IMG/VR virus record: IMGVR_UViG_3300030107_006047
Span: 1 to 64,000 of that record
From: a virus
Direction: 5' to 3' (one strand)
DNA: 64,000 nucleotides
In this document: positions 29,101 through 38,813 of the stretch, piece by piece
How the letters are laid out: every line of letters starts with the position of its first letter
How positions within the stretch are numbered: position 1 is the first letter of the stretch
Notes under the pieces: model-generated
The model's input: only the letters and a program-made list of their open reading frames with translations
Database searches by the model: none
What the model was told of the DNA's origin: nothing
Program-made: the position numbers and the translations under genes

Positions 29101-32100
29101 GACACATTCGACGATGTTGGCCCAACAGATTCTCCTCGAGATCTTTTGCCTGCTCCGAAATCTTTTGAAGATCAGTGGGAGTTTATTCAGGTTCTCGAAT
29201 CTCCCAATGGCGGGTATTGGAAAAGGAAGGGAGAGGGTCCTGCGGTCACCAGCCCTCTTTCTCACCCAGAGCTTGCTGGAGGAAAGGGCGCAGACGCGAT
29301 TACTGTGTTCAGGCATTCTCCAGTTCTTGGGGAAACACCTGCGGCTGCCGGTGACTGGGTGGGCGCAAGGATTAAGCCCACGGGAGTATGGGGAGATCAC
29401 TTTAATCCGATAATGCACGCATCCAGGGGTGCGGACCACCCGGCGCTAACCCTTTACAGCGCTATTGATGGAAATACTTACAAGTTCACCATTGCCGCTA
29501 CCAGCAGGGCGTCGCAGTCAAAGATAGGTGACGTTCCTGAGATGTATAGGACTTTGGTGGCAGAGTCTTTGGCTGAGTTCAAGCAGCATTTGGATTCTAA
29601 TCCAGATGCTGAGTACGTCTTTATTCCACAAAAATCCAAGATGAAGATTGCTTATAAGCCATCGGGACAAATAGCTTTTCGCGACCAGGGTTACCCTGAA
29701 AAGACCTTCTCGTTCTACAAGAAGTGGGCAAGAGATCTTGGTCTTGAAGAAACGACAGCCTGGTATTACCCGGAAAAAGGGAGCTACCGCGAAACTAAAG
29801 CGTTTCGTATTCCGTCCAAAAAGCTTGAGAAAATGCAGGAGCAGGCTGCGCTTGCAGCAAAAGATCCAAGCGTAATTCCTCCGTCTGCTGTTCTTGAGCA
29901 TCCAAAGCATTGGTCGAAAAAGAAAGTAGACTTCATTGAGTCTTGGAGGAAGTGGGCAAAAGAGAGCGGAATGGACCCGCTGATTTCGAAAGTTTCCGAA
30001 ACATTCATGCAGATCCTTCCGAATCGGGCGTTTGAATATCACAACCTTTATTTTCACCCGACCAGTAGACACCTTTATGGCTCACAAGCATCTGCCAGAG
30101 GAAGCGGTATAGACAGCGGCATCCCTTACGCAGTGAAGCTGTACTTTACGTCGAAAGCAATCAAATACGACCCAGAAACTTCTCCTTTGGCAAAGATGAC
30201 GAAAGAGGAGATCGCTGAGGATGCACGAAAGTCCTTCCAGGCTTGGAAAGACGACAAGCTAGCAAAACGGAGGAAAGAAAAAGGTCTTGATCCGCCAGGA
30301 TCAGATGACTATCTTGCTGCCAATTCAGATCTTAGGGCGATTGAGATTAATGAAATCATAGAAGTGCTCGGCCCTCATGTTGCCGAAATAAGCCGAAGAA
30401 TGTCGGAAAGGAGAGAATCTGGCGCGAGAGTGCCGGTTGAAGATGATCCTCATTGGCAGATTGACACTGACCACGCAAAATACTGGGGCGTATCAAATGC
30501 TGGAGAATGGGTTGAGAACCAAGTTCTCCAAACCGGCGTCGCCGCCAAAACGACTGATGTTGGCTATAATCCTACACTTATAAGAAGGGCTGTAAGGCGA
30601 GCAAGCGACGCAATTGCGCAGAGCGAATACAGCCTAATCAAGGTAGCGCATACGTTTGTACACGAGATGACGCATGTCCTTCACTACTCAGTTCTTTCAG
30701 AGAAGGAACTGAAGGCCCTCAGGAGAGCATACGTTCGTGAACGAGATGCGGGGTTTCCAAATTGGAGAAGAGCTAGAGATTTTAAGAAGGATTTGAAAAC
30801 AGAAAGCGCTTTCGGTGAATGGCTTGCAGACACTGTTTCAGATTATTGGATTACCGGAAACGCAAGCAGGCACGGTTTGTTTACCAAGGAAGAGGCGGGG
30901 CTTCTTCAATCAGCCATCAGAAGAATGGCTCACTGGTTCAAACAACTATTTGGTTGGAGGAGCCAGACCATTCGGGGAACGGCACCTCTCGATACGTTCC
31001 CAGAGGAGATCATCGATCTTCTTGAAAGGCTTACAAAACAGGCGCTTGAAGGCGAAGAAGCTAAAGCGGGATGGGTTGATGAAACGGTAGAAATTAGACC
31101 AAAATCAGAGCTTCGTAGCTGGTACTCAGAAGACCTTGGGCCTGTTGCGTCTACGCGCCGTACAGGCCCTCCGCGCCGTGGAAACGAGATTCCTCGTAAG
31201 GATTGGGACGAAAACTGGCAAGACAAGCCCGCGATAGAATCTGCGCGGTGGTTGAGAGATCAAGTAGATAACGATCTTCAAAAAGCAGTATTAGACAAAG
31301 TCATAGAAAGCCTGGACGAAACAGGCACAGATCCAAGAAGCACGTCCGTAAAGACGTACTTGTCAGACCTCCCTGGATTATCTGGTCGGTATCATCCCGA
31401 CAGGGGTTGGGTTTTGCTCGACCCGGCTCGGTCATCTTGGCAAGAAGGTGGCATGGTTCAGGTGGCAATCCATGAATTAGTGCATGCGGCTACTGTGGGT
31501 AAGATTGAAATCTACCCGGACTCGATCCAGGTGAAGAGGCTGGACCGTCTCTTTGATGAGGCTAGGTCACAGGTTTTTACTCCTGCTCACAAGACACGTT
31601 CTTATGGGTGGAATGACCGGCTGGAGTTTATTGCGGAGGGTCTTTCAAATCCTAAGTTTCAGGATGAGCTTCGCTCTATCAAAATCAGCGATGAGCTTGC
31701 TTCAGAGCTTGGGATTGCAGATCCAAATCTCTGGGAGGGCTTGGTCGCTATTATTAGACAACTCTTGGGTCTAGGCGAAAACGACCAGTCAGCACTCTCA
31801 GGTCTTCTGAAGGTCACAGACGACATCGCCCGTATGGACATTGAGCCGAAGCGCTCTATGAGCTGGATGGATAGGTCTAAATACGAGCCTCCGCCACCCG
31901 CAAGGATGGAAGAGATTCTTGACACGATCTTAGACGAAAAGTCAGCACAACAGGCGGCCACTGCTAACGCCCCTCTTTGGGTAAGATCTATTCAAGAAAT
32001 GCCAGAAGAGAGGGCGCTTGACGCAGCCGAAAGCATTGCTGCGAACTACGCTCCTGTTGGCTCAAAAGAGTACGAAGGCATTGTTTCATACATTGTGACA

Positions 32101-35100
32101 GGGGGACGAGAGGGAAGGCTGAACAGAAAAATCTTGGCTGACTTTGAACCAGGAACCCCAGCATCGACTCCATCAACAGGGCCGACTCCAAGGTGGCGAG
32201 TGTTTTACGACACAAAGGTTGAGGGTAAAGACGGAACTACCAAGCTTGTTTCTTCTGCAGAGGTTTGGAATAGCGCTGACGCAGACGCGCTGTACCACAT
32301 AATGAAGAGCGGCAACATCTTTATGATCTTCAACAACGGCGGAAAGCTTCTGCGCCGATTCCTTGGCTCAAGAGACTACCGTCACTTGGTTAGAGAGCTT
32401 GATACCAAGGGGGGCCGAGACAGGCTGTCTCCAGATGGAGAGCGTGCAGCCAAGAAAGCATTCAAGGCATACATTGAAACAGGCAAGGCAAGCGGCCCAC
32501 TACTGCCGCTGTTTGATCAGTTGTACCTGAATCTCCAATCGTACTGGCTACGCCTGTCTAAAGACAGGTCCATTATCGCATCCCCTGAAATTCGAGGATG
32601 GTTTGATGAATGGCTTGCCCCAGACTTAAACCTAAGACCCCTTGCTGCTGAGATTACGGAAAGAGTTTTGACCAGATTCAAGCAGGTCAGAATTGCAGAG
32701 CCCGAAGATCTTCTGAAAAGATTGGAAGAGGGCATGGTCGGCCTTATGGGCCGAAAAGAAGAGTTTTGGCGCGTTCCTTTAGATACGCCAACTGTCAGAA
32801 ACGCTCTTGGCATTACTGACTACACCAAAGAAATGGATGTCGTTGACGCCTTTTCTAGGGCTGTTGGGTATGTGGCTGGTGAGCACGCCAGGATTATGTC
32901 TGGCGCTGAGAAGATGTTTGACCTGACCACCCGAAGCCACGTTCCTGCAAGCCGGGTAAAGGCTATCCACAGGGATGCGAATCGTCGCGTTTACCAAGTA
33001 CTTAATGGAAAGGTCGAGCACGGAACAGGAACAGGAAAGCTTGAAGGAAAGGTGGTCGCAGTTCTTTCTCCGGCACAAGCTGCATCCTTTAGGGTCTTTC
33101 TAAGATCTCTTAGTGCTGAGGCTCTTGGTAATATCCTTCCAATCCACCTTCTTGATGAATCTACTGACCTTACCCAAATATCGCTTGCTGACATGAACAC
33201 CATCATGGAAGTCGTCATTGATATTGAGGCGGGTGTGGCGGCTTCAAGAACGCACTACTCTGAGCGCATTTCGCCAACCCTCGCTGTTGCGATGTGGAAC
33301 GGCCTTAAGCAAATGTCGATCAACTCTGAGAAATACTCCGACCTAATGAAGTCAGTATCAGGTGGAATCCGGTCTCGATTCTCAGAGGCTTCCGATCTTG
33401 AAGATCTTGGTCCGTTCCAGCGACAAGTAGTAGAGATGACAACCAGAGAGTTGGGCGGCATTCCAAACGAAATGCTCAGGTGGCTTATTGAGTTCAGGAA
33501 AGGGAACAAAGACGCTACTCTTCATGAAATGTATCTGGCAATGAAGAACCAGCTAGAAGCTCCAGTCAAAGTAGAGCTTGTTGAAAAGATTATGGGAAGG
33601 CCAGCCACGCCAACAGACAAGGGCTCTAAAGGCTGGCTTGTAGAACTGGAAAGGTTCCACGGCTCACTGGAGGCCGACCCAGAAGGGCCCCCTCTTGCGG
33701 CTAGCAGGCGAAGGGATGCTCTTTTAGGCAGGGTAGACGATGAGGTTCAGTATGAAGATCCTACTGGCGGCGACATAGCAGGGTCATTCTTGGACCATGT
33801 ATTGGAGAACCTTTCAGATCTTCAAAGCATGATGGAGCAAGAAAAGCTGTCTCACCCGGTATACGGGCGGCTTGCAGAGGAGGATCATCATTCCCTGCAG
33901 ATCCTTCAAACCTACAAAGACAAGCTTAAGAAGTTTAGAGAGGGTCAGGAGAAAGGCGCTCCGAGAGAATCCTTGGATAAGATCTTGTCCGAAGAAGACT
34001 TTTCTGCAGTCGAGGACGCCCTTTATTACGTTCTCGACAGAATCAGAAGGCAGAAAGACAGGATCAGCCAGAGGGCTGTAAAGATTGGTCGCGCTCTTTC
34101 TGGTGACACTGACTTTGCCGATTCTATCTTCATGAAGAGTTCTGATGTTCAGGGCGAGTACTACGTCATGTTTTATGAAGGCAGATGGCTTGAGATGTTC
34201 GAAGCCTTTGGCACAAGAACAGGCATGGCCACTGGCTTCGAAAAGACCAGAGGTAAGGCCCCAGAAATAGACCCCGGCACCGCGCTTGTTCATATGATTG
34301 CAACGCTTAGGGCTGATGAGATTCTCGAGGGCCTTGCCGGAGTGATGGCCAAGTATGGTATCGCGAAAGATGTTCGAGAGCTTACTTCTAACTACTCTGC
34401 TGCAAGAGCCATTGAAGGGCAGTACAGCGGAATAAACAGGGATCTGTTTCACGGTCGGATTCAGTATTACATCGACGGAATACTGTCTTTCCAAATGAGC
34501 GCCAAGAGATACCCCTATGCTCCAATGTACACTGCAAAGGCGGGGGATACCCTTGAGAGTATTGCTAAATCTCATGGTGTGACAGCTAAGCAGCTCGCCA
34601 TGTGGAACGGCCTTGCTGTTACGGATCCCTTGGTGGCCGGGCAAGCAATAAGAACAGCCGACCATAAGATGCTTTTAGAGCAGCCTCGCGCTCCTTTTAC
34701 CGAAAAGCTTGCCCCTGTTCTTCCCACAAGAGAAACAAGAAGAGCGAAAGAACGTGGAGCGCCGGAAGACTTTTACGGCAATGTCCACGATCTTGAGGCT
34801 TATACACAAGCGGTAGACATTATCCATAACTGGGGCTTTAAAACAGCTAAGGAAGGGTTTGAGCTAAGAACGTTGCCGGATGGCAGTAGGGTCTTTGCCC
34901 CGAATTCGGTTTGGAAGCATCTTGATAATGCGCTCGATAGGGCCACGGGCGCTGGCACTGCGCGTGGGGTTGTTGCTCACAGGGTTGATCCTGCTCCGCT
35001 TGGTGTGACCGACTACAAATGGTCACCTGATGCCGAACGAAAGATGGCTCTTGGTAGGGCTGTTGATTCGCTTCAAAATATGTTCCCCTCCACCTTTGCC

Positions 35101-36582
35101 AGAATCAAGATGGGAGTGACGACAGGAATCGTTCTTCCGAACCCCGCTTATTTCACTGGTGTTTTCTTGGGAGCAGGGTTTCAGGCAATGCAAGGCGTTG
35201 GTCCTGTTGGGTTCTTTAAGATGATGAGAAACCCAAAACAGACTGGTGCGGTGATTGCAAGGCTCTGGAAAGAGGGATCTTTTGCGCCAGATGCTCCCCC
35301 AATTGTTTCAAAGAACGGTCAGATTTACACCGTTGAAATGCTTGCGCAGCTTGCAGAAGCTCACGGGTTGAAATCCAGCTTCATTCATGCTGAGACGATG
35401 AAGGCGATTGCGTCGGATATTCGTGAGTTCCATCCTGGCTTTTGGAACAAGATGAGAGTTGGTCGGTGGGCAAAGAACTGGCAGAAGACACTTATCGAAA
35501 GCGCCACCGCACTGGATAACTATTGGCGTGTTTCAGTCTTTATTCATGAAATAAGAATGGGTAAGTCCCCTGCTGCTGCTGCCGAAAAAGCCCGGCTTGT
35601 TGGTTACGACTACGCGGCTCTCACCAAGTGGGAGAAGAAGTTCGCCAGAAATACGATCATGTTCTACTCGTACATGCGCAAGAACATGGATCTGTTCTGG
35701 GACACGCTTCTAACAAACCCGGAACGGCTGATCGGTCAAATGCGGCTCTTGAGAGGGATCCATACGGTCTGGTTGGATGACGACCCTCAGATTGTATTGA
35801 AGGACTATCTTCACGGAAGGCTGCCTACTTATTTCAAAGAGACCACAATAAATACGCATAAGTACAGCCAATGGATGTTCATCTCACCTCCCCTCCCCAT
35901 GATGGACGCGCTCAACATTTATATCGACATATACGATCTGATTGCGTTTAGAGACGAAGAGGCGATGCGAGGGCTTGCCACAAGATCCGCTCCTTGGGTG
36001 CAAGCACCATTTGTTATGGCAACAGGAAAAGACATTTTCTGGGACAAAGAGCTAAACGAATACAACAAGATTCCGTCATGGTTGATGGAGATGGATCTTG
36101 CTTTGACGGGCGGCGGCCTCATGTATGGAGTATTCGGCGCACAAAGAAGGCCCCATAGCGATCTTAGCAGGGCAGACATTTCGGGAGAATCTGAACGCGG
36201 CTGGTATCACGCAAGGAACGGTAGGGCCTGGTGGATCTGGCGAAACCTTCTGCAGTTTCCTGGCGCTGGCCGATCTATGGACACCATTTCATATATGGAC
36301 CGAGCGAACCTTGGGGCTGTCGAGGCTTCCGTCCGTACCGCCCGTTGGGCCAGGAGGACTGGGGCGGAAAGCGGTTGGTGGTCTGGGGTGCCAGAAATGG
36401 GCGAAGGAGACACCATGGGGCCAAGAACCGGCCTTGCGTGGAAAGACGAGTTGGCTGGTCTGTTTGGGTTCAAGCCTATTCATGTTCCTCAAAGATCACA
36501 CCAAACGGCTGTTGATAGTATTAGAATGCACAAAAGGAAAAAGCAGGTTTTGGCCCGAGAACGTCTATCAGAAGAAGACTAA
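26107..36582 (+). CDS. Giant internal virion/ejection protein with two zincin-like HExxH domains and a LysM domain
   Basis: 3491 aa. HEMTH...EWLAD at ~30661, HELVH...EFIAE at ~31471, and LysM YTAKAGDTLESIAKSHGVTAKQLAMWNGL at ~34528-34653. Confidence 0.75.
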   Translation: MSNGNDDDILLEGMTGFAEEPVLGGGVYRGELDLTGELDTSPAEMFEDVDVVGSIRDFEETYSKAATPVTYIEQEQINDQLREAIEMQLRSTRPGHEDDWYKERVEKRIHDLSFVHANYAPDPPELPSVSFLKNLYQQYPEQLRSTYRPDSSVGRVVSAISTDKTDEQIQELIDKTTVSEWPSEFTWGGGFVNAMQRGLSRRVIEVEAGADKPGSEMRWEHGRKVSREYEAIMDDQGWGAGVARMWANGPSMDENDAYRAGLFLDEDEATARELVVSTGLGMTFGAMVRSKLGYLLPRAGVWGRRTFGLRGAVKGATAGSSGGPIGMTIGAVIGGFVGYGAGKVWGKVDAEEFFKPVPAFPQDEDDDGWFFALPKGLVDLSTRTLVLTGLADSAVVPIMASSNEEADRMRDIIAMSRPSEAWESLVHEYRTARDSGRTSEELREELRPLMGGMVRNVAWADLPDAARHADNLDLETAIEYATANKDVGDINAPKFTFQYFVGLANEGNTGKKGLQRVLHSLPIGQILNHVPQIIVGDESRPGSIPSVDTFIDGVMVAARDTEEAYALTGTDTTRDLATGFAELMLERREVGGTTRYVENTPGKLFRVLSSVPELYMEMRLPFDIPLTPASRDARYNLGIRDPDVGYWANFFSNVETGEMGLARHVTDEMISRGVDRQSWQYRGIATGGVMADWLVYWERPIISGIGMPTRAGLRGYGAWKQYKDNPLRLQAVTAALSPRLYAFRNKVDVQNTQAWANVSRFLGEDTGLEGLQTLKGGKASDGSDVVLGVRESGIVDRMIEAMEQGKSFEDAEASLPTYRDHDWYTVQSHLLSEGVKNGVIKGDDVWAVVPKPMRSQVIQVMAAAGIEPSSAIRALNQYILKARKINLHAMEKLLTEGTPEMIAFRGSDQYKNLRNVLLEAVGSAGGATDHVNISMPKLELQAWIAALDPQRPNIKSMEDYFDALRIELEGAGGPPPTKGPKDPPVGGPEDPPVGGPGKDTFDDVGPTDSPRDLLPAPKSFEDQWEFIQVLESPNGGYWKRKGEGPAVTSPLSHPELAGGKGADAITVFRHSPVLGETPAAAGDWVGARIKPTGVWGDHFNPIMHASRGADHPALTLYSAIDGNTYKFTIAATSRASQSKIGDVPEMYRTLVAESLAEFKQHLDSNPDAEYVFIPQKSKMKIAYKPSGQIAFRDQGYPEKTFSFYKKWARDLGLEETTAWYYPEKGSYRETKAFRIPSKKLEKMQEQAALAAKDPSVIPPSAVLEHPKHWSKKKVDFIESWRKWAKESGMDPLISKVSETFMQILPNRAFEYHNLYFHPTSRHLYGSQASARGSGIDSGIPYAVKLYFTSKAIKYDPETSPLAKMTKEEIAEDARKSFQAWKDDKLAKRRKEKGLDPPGSDDYLAANSDLRAIEINEIIEVLGPHVAEISRRMSERRESGARVPVEDDPHWQIDTDHAKYWGVSNAGEWVENQVLQTGVAAKTTDVGYNPTLIRRAVRRASDAIAQSEYSLIKVAHTFVHEMTHVLHYSVLSEKELKALRRAYVRERDAGFPNWRRARDFKKDLKTESAFGEWLADTVSDYWITGNASRHGLFTKEEAGLLQSAIRRMAHWFKQLFGWRSQTIRGTAPLDTFPEEIIDLLERLTKQALEGEEAKAGWVDETVEIRPKSELRSWYSEDLGPVASTRRTGPPRRGNEIPRKDWDENWQDKPAIESARWLRDQVDNDLQKAVLDKVIESLDETGTDPRSTSVKTYLSDLPGLSGRYHPDRGWVLLDPARSSWQEGGMVQVAIHELVHAATVGKIEIYPDSIQVKRLDRLFDEARSQVFTPAHKTRSYGWNDRLEFIAEGLSNPKFQDELRSIKISDELASELGIADPNLWEGLVAIIRQLLGLGENDQSALSGLLKVTDDIARMDIEPKRSMSWMDRSKYEPPPPARMEEILDTILDEKSAQQAATANAPLWVRSIQEMPEERALDAAESIAANYAPVGSKEYEGIVSYIVTGGREGRLNRKILADFEPGTPASTPSTGPTPRWRVFYDTKVEGKDGTTKLVSSAEVWNSADADALYHIMKSGNIFMIFNNGGKLLRRFLGSRDYRHLVRELDTKGGRDRLSPDGERAAKKAFKAYIETGKASGPLLPLFDQLYLNLQSYWLRLSKDRSIIASPEIRGWFDEWLAPDLNLRPLAAEITERVLTRFKQVRIAEPEDLLKRLEEGMVGLMGRKEEFWRVPLDTPTVRNALGITDYTKEMDVVDAFSRAVGYVAGEHARIMSGAEKMFDLTTRSHVPASRVKAIHRDANRRVYQVLNGKVEHGTGTGKLEGKVVAVLSPAQAASFRVFLRSLSAEALGNILPIHLLDESTDLTQISLADMNTIMEVVIDIEAGVAASRTHYSERISPTLAVAMWNGLKQMSINSEKYSDLMKSVSGGIRSRFSEASDLEDLGPFQRQVVEMTTRELGGIPNEMLRWLIEFRKGNKDATLHEMYLAMKNQLEAPVKVELVEKIMGRPATPTDKGSKGWLVELERFHGSLEADPEGPPLAASRRRDALLGRVDDEVQYEDPTGGDIAGSFLDHVLENLSDLQSMMEQEKLSHPVYGRLAEEDHHSLQILQTYKDKLKKFREGQEKGAPRESLDKILSEEDFSAVEDALYYVLDRIRRQKDRISQRAVKIGRALSGDTDFADSIFMKSSDVQGEYYVMFYEGRWLEMFEAFGTRTGMATGFEKTRGKAPEIDPGTALVHMIATLRADEILEGLAGVMAKYGIAKDVRELTSNYSAARAIEGQYSGINRDLFHGRIQYYIDGILSFQMSAKRYPYAPMYTAKAGDTLESIAKSHGVTAKQLAMWNGLAVTDPLVAGQAIRTADHKMLLEQPRAPFTEKLAPVLPTRETRRAKERGAPEDFYGNVHDLEAYTQAVDIIHNWGFKTAKEGFELRTLPDGSRVFAPNSVWKHLDNALDRATGAGTARGVVAHRVDPAPLGVTDYKWSPDAERKMALGRAVDSLQNMFPSTFARIKMGVTTGIVLPNPAYFTGVFLGAGFQAMQGVGPVGFFKMMRNPKQTGAVIARLWKEGSFAPDAPPIVSKNGQIYTVEMLAQLAEAHGLKSSFIHAETMKAIASDIREFHPGFWNKMRVGRWAKNWQKTLIESATALDNYWRVSVFIHEIRMGKSPAAAAEKARLVGYDYAALTKWEKKFARNTIMFYSYMRKNMDLFWDTLLTNPERLIGQMRLLRGIHTVWLDDDPQIVLKDYLHGRLPTYFKETTINTHKYSQWMFISPPLPMMDALNIYIDIYDLIAFRDEEAMRGLATRSAPWVQAPFVMATGKDIFWDKELNEYNKIPSWLMEMDLALTGGGLMYGVFGAQRRPHSDLSRADISGESERGWYHARNGRAWWIWRNLLQFPGAGRSMDTISYMDRANLGAVEASVRTARWARRTGAESGWWSGVPEMGEGDTMGPRTGLAWKDELAGLFGFKPIHVPQRSHQTAVDSIRMHKRKKQVLARERLSEED

Positions 36583-36648
36583 TATGGAACATGGTCTGCA
36601 ACGTGCTATTATTTTTTCGATTTCTCATCCCACTTAGGAGATTCTTTC

Positions 36649-37119
36649 ATGTCCCAAATTCCAGAAATGATGGGTGGCCGCACCCTCACTCACGACATCC
36701 CCACCACAGGCGACCTTCAGATTGTGGCCGGAAAAGGCCTTAAGCTTTCCGGTCAGACTGCGATGCTGACGGCCCTGGCAGGGGCTACCAACCTTCTCTC
36801 ATTCAAGGGCGAAGGCATCACTATGGCTGCTACTCATACCTTGTTGGTTACGGGAACCGCTGCTGCAAACCAGACTGTCATCACATCTAACTTTTTGATT
36901 GTTGACCCTACTGACAACAGAAACCTGGACCTTCCGGCTGAGGCTCTTTGCACTGGACTTCTCCTGGTCATCTTTAGCGCTGCAACCCCAAGTTCTTCTG
37001 AGACAATTACACTTCGTAATGACGGTGGAGACACAATCGCTACGATTGAAGAAGCCGAAGCTTGCTTGGCTTATTGCGACGGAACCACTTGGCGTGGACT
37101 TGTTGGCGGCGCAACCTGA
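36649..37119 (+). CDS. Virion protein with a fibre-type C-terminal domain
   Basis: LDLPAEALCTG...CDGTTW resembles the C-terminus of 21457-22167. AGGAG SD. Confidence 0.55.
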   Translation: MSQIPEMMGGRTLTHDIPTTGDLQIVAGKGLKLSGQTAMLTALAGATNLLSFKGEGITMAATHTLLVTGTAAANQTVITSNFLIVDPTDNRNLDLPAEALCTGLLLVIFSAATPSSSETITLRNDGGDTIATIEEAEACLAYCDGTTWRGLVGGAT

Positions 37120-37151
37120 TTTGTGCTCATCACTCTCTTTAGGAGGCCGTG

Positions 37152-37586
37152 ATGGCTGATCAAGGCTTTATTGTAAACGACGCAGAAGTAACTGCAATCG
37201 GCACAGGCTACGCTTCAGGCAAGGCTATTCTTCTTCATGAAGACTCGGCTATGGACGCAAAGTCTAAAGCTATGCCTGGTGCCTGCTACTTGTCTCACAT
37301 TGAGCTTCAGCTTGATGAAACAAGTTCCACGGTTGCGGAAGTGTCGTGCTTTCTGACCTGGGATTCTTCTGGAGACGATCCAATTACTGCCGAGGCCGCA
37401 GGTCTTTCTGTTCATGCTGGCCTTACAGACACTAGCCTTAGGTTAGTGTCTGTGGCCATGGATGTTTGGATTACCGCGCCCGCGACACAAACGTCATCCG
37501 GCAAGGTTTATTTGTTTATGAAGTGCGACGCAGGAGCAGTAACTCTTAAAAAAGCCCGCTTATATTGGGTGATTCGGAAAGGTTAG
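37152..37586 (+). CDS. Hypothetical virion protein
   Basis: AGGAGG SD. Beta-rich, in the late operon. Confidence 0.55.
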   Translation: MADQGFIVNDAEVTAIGTGYASGKAILLHEDSAMDAKSKAMPGACYLSHIELQLDETSSTVAEVSCFLTWDSSGDDPITAEAAGLSVHAGLTDTSLRLVSVAMDVWITAPATQTSSGKVYLFMKCDAGAVTLKKARLYWVIRKG

Positions 37587-37589
37587 ACT

Positions 37590-38450
37590 ATGGGTGGGTT
37601 TTTCAATCGGTTTGATGCTACAAGTTCCAGTATTCGAGCAACAGACCTTGAGGTCGATGGAACTACTGTTGTTGTAGATGAGACCAACAATCGGGTTGGT
37701 ATTGGGACGGCTACTCCGGCAACACAACTGCATGTTTCTAAAGACACTGACGGAGAGTTTGTAGCTCTAAAGCTCACAAACGAGTCGGATGCTAACGATA
37801 CGACCGGAAAGGTCAGCCTTCAGTTTGATCTTGAAGATACAGGCGGAAATGCTGTTGATTCTGCAAAGCTCTTGGTTTCCAAAGAAGCCGCGTTCACCGC
37901 AACAGCTTCTACTCAAGACGCCAAGTTTGAGCTGCAGCTTTCAGAGAACGGAACCCTTGGAACCAAGTTTACTGTCGAGTCGAGCGGAGATGTTGTCATT
38001 CCTGGCGACATCGAAATGACGGACAGCAGTGCGATTGTTGACTCCAACAACTCCAAGCTTTTGAAGTTCTGTTCTGTTGGCAGCGCCGTCAACTACGTTG
38101 AGGTTGAAAACGCAGCAGACGGTACTGCTCCTGCAATCAGCGTGCTGGGAGACTCAACCAACATCACAATGTCCTTGAAACCCAAGGGAACTGGCGGTGT
38201 GAGGATCTTTGGGTCTACTGCCGCAGCAGCGTCTCTTCTTCTCAACGAGGATTCGGACAACGGTACGAACTTTATGAAGTTCCAGGCCGCTGCGAACATC
38301 GTGTCTAACCACACCTATACTTGGCCTGCCGCAACGCCTGCTGGGGATAGCATCCTAAAAACCAATAGTGGTGGCGACCTTTCATGGGTTGACGAGGCTC
38401 CGCCTCCAAACGACCTCAACTTAAATCTTCACATGCAAGTTTTTTCATAG
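37590..38450 (+). CDS. Tail fibre protein
   Basis: NRVGIGTATPATQLHV, LKPKGTGGVRI and YTWPAA..AGDSILKTNSGGDLSW fibre motifs. Confidence 0.75.
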   Translation: MGGFFNRFDATSSSIRATDLEVDGTTVVVDETNNRVGIGTATPATQLHVSKDTDGEFVALKLTNESDANDTTGKVSLQFDLEDTGGNAVDSAKLLVSKEAAFTATASTQDAKFELQLSENGTLGTKFTVESSGDVVIPGDIEMTDSSAIVDSNNSKLLKFCSVGSAVNYVEVENAADGTAPAISVLGDSTNITMSLKPKGTGGVRIFGSTAAAASLLLNEDSDNGTNFMKFQAAANIVSNHTYTWPAATPAGDSILKTNSGGDLSWVDEAPPPNDLNLNLHMQVFS

Positions 38451-38459
38451 GATCACGCA

Positions 38460-38813
38460 ATGGCTACAATCAGTAAGGAGCTTCTTAGCGGAAGCACCCA
38501 GGGCAAAGGAATCAAGGTTACGGGCACTAACACTGGTGCTGCTGTTACTGTTCACACGGCGGTGAGCGGTACAACCGACATTGATGAGGTTTGGCTGTGG
38601 TGCGCCAACCAGCATTCTGGTGCGGTTGAGCTAACTATTGAGTGGGGCGGGACAGCCGCTGACGATTTAATCGTTATCGATATCACTGAGGACGCCGGTC
38701 TTGTGCAGATCGCGCCGGGCATTCCCCTTCAGAACAGCCTCGTTATAAAGGCGTTTGCAGCCCAAGCGAACGTGATCAACATCTTTGGATTCGTAAACAG
38801 GATGGACATCTGA
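38460..38813 (+). CDS. Small virion protein (paralogue of 40729-41115)
   Basis: DEVWLWCAN...NVINIFGFVNR. Confidence 0.65.
   Translation: MATISKELLSGSTQGKGIKVTGTNTGAAVTVHTAVSGTTDIDEVWLWCANQHSGAVELTIEWGGTAADDLIVIDITEDAGLVQIAPGIPLQNSLVIKAFAAQANVINIFGFVNRMDI

Noticed and set aside
26539-34665. Long antisense ORFs (26539-27387, 33814-34665 and others) inside the giant gene
   Set aside because: Shadow frames of a strongly coding strand, with no SD or recognisable motifs.
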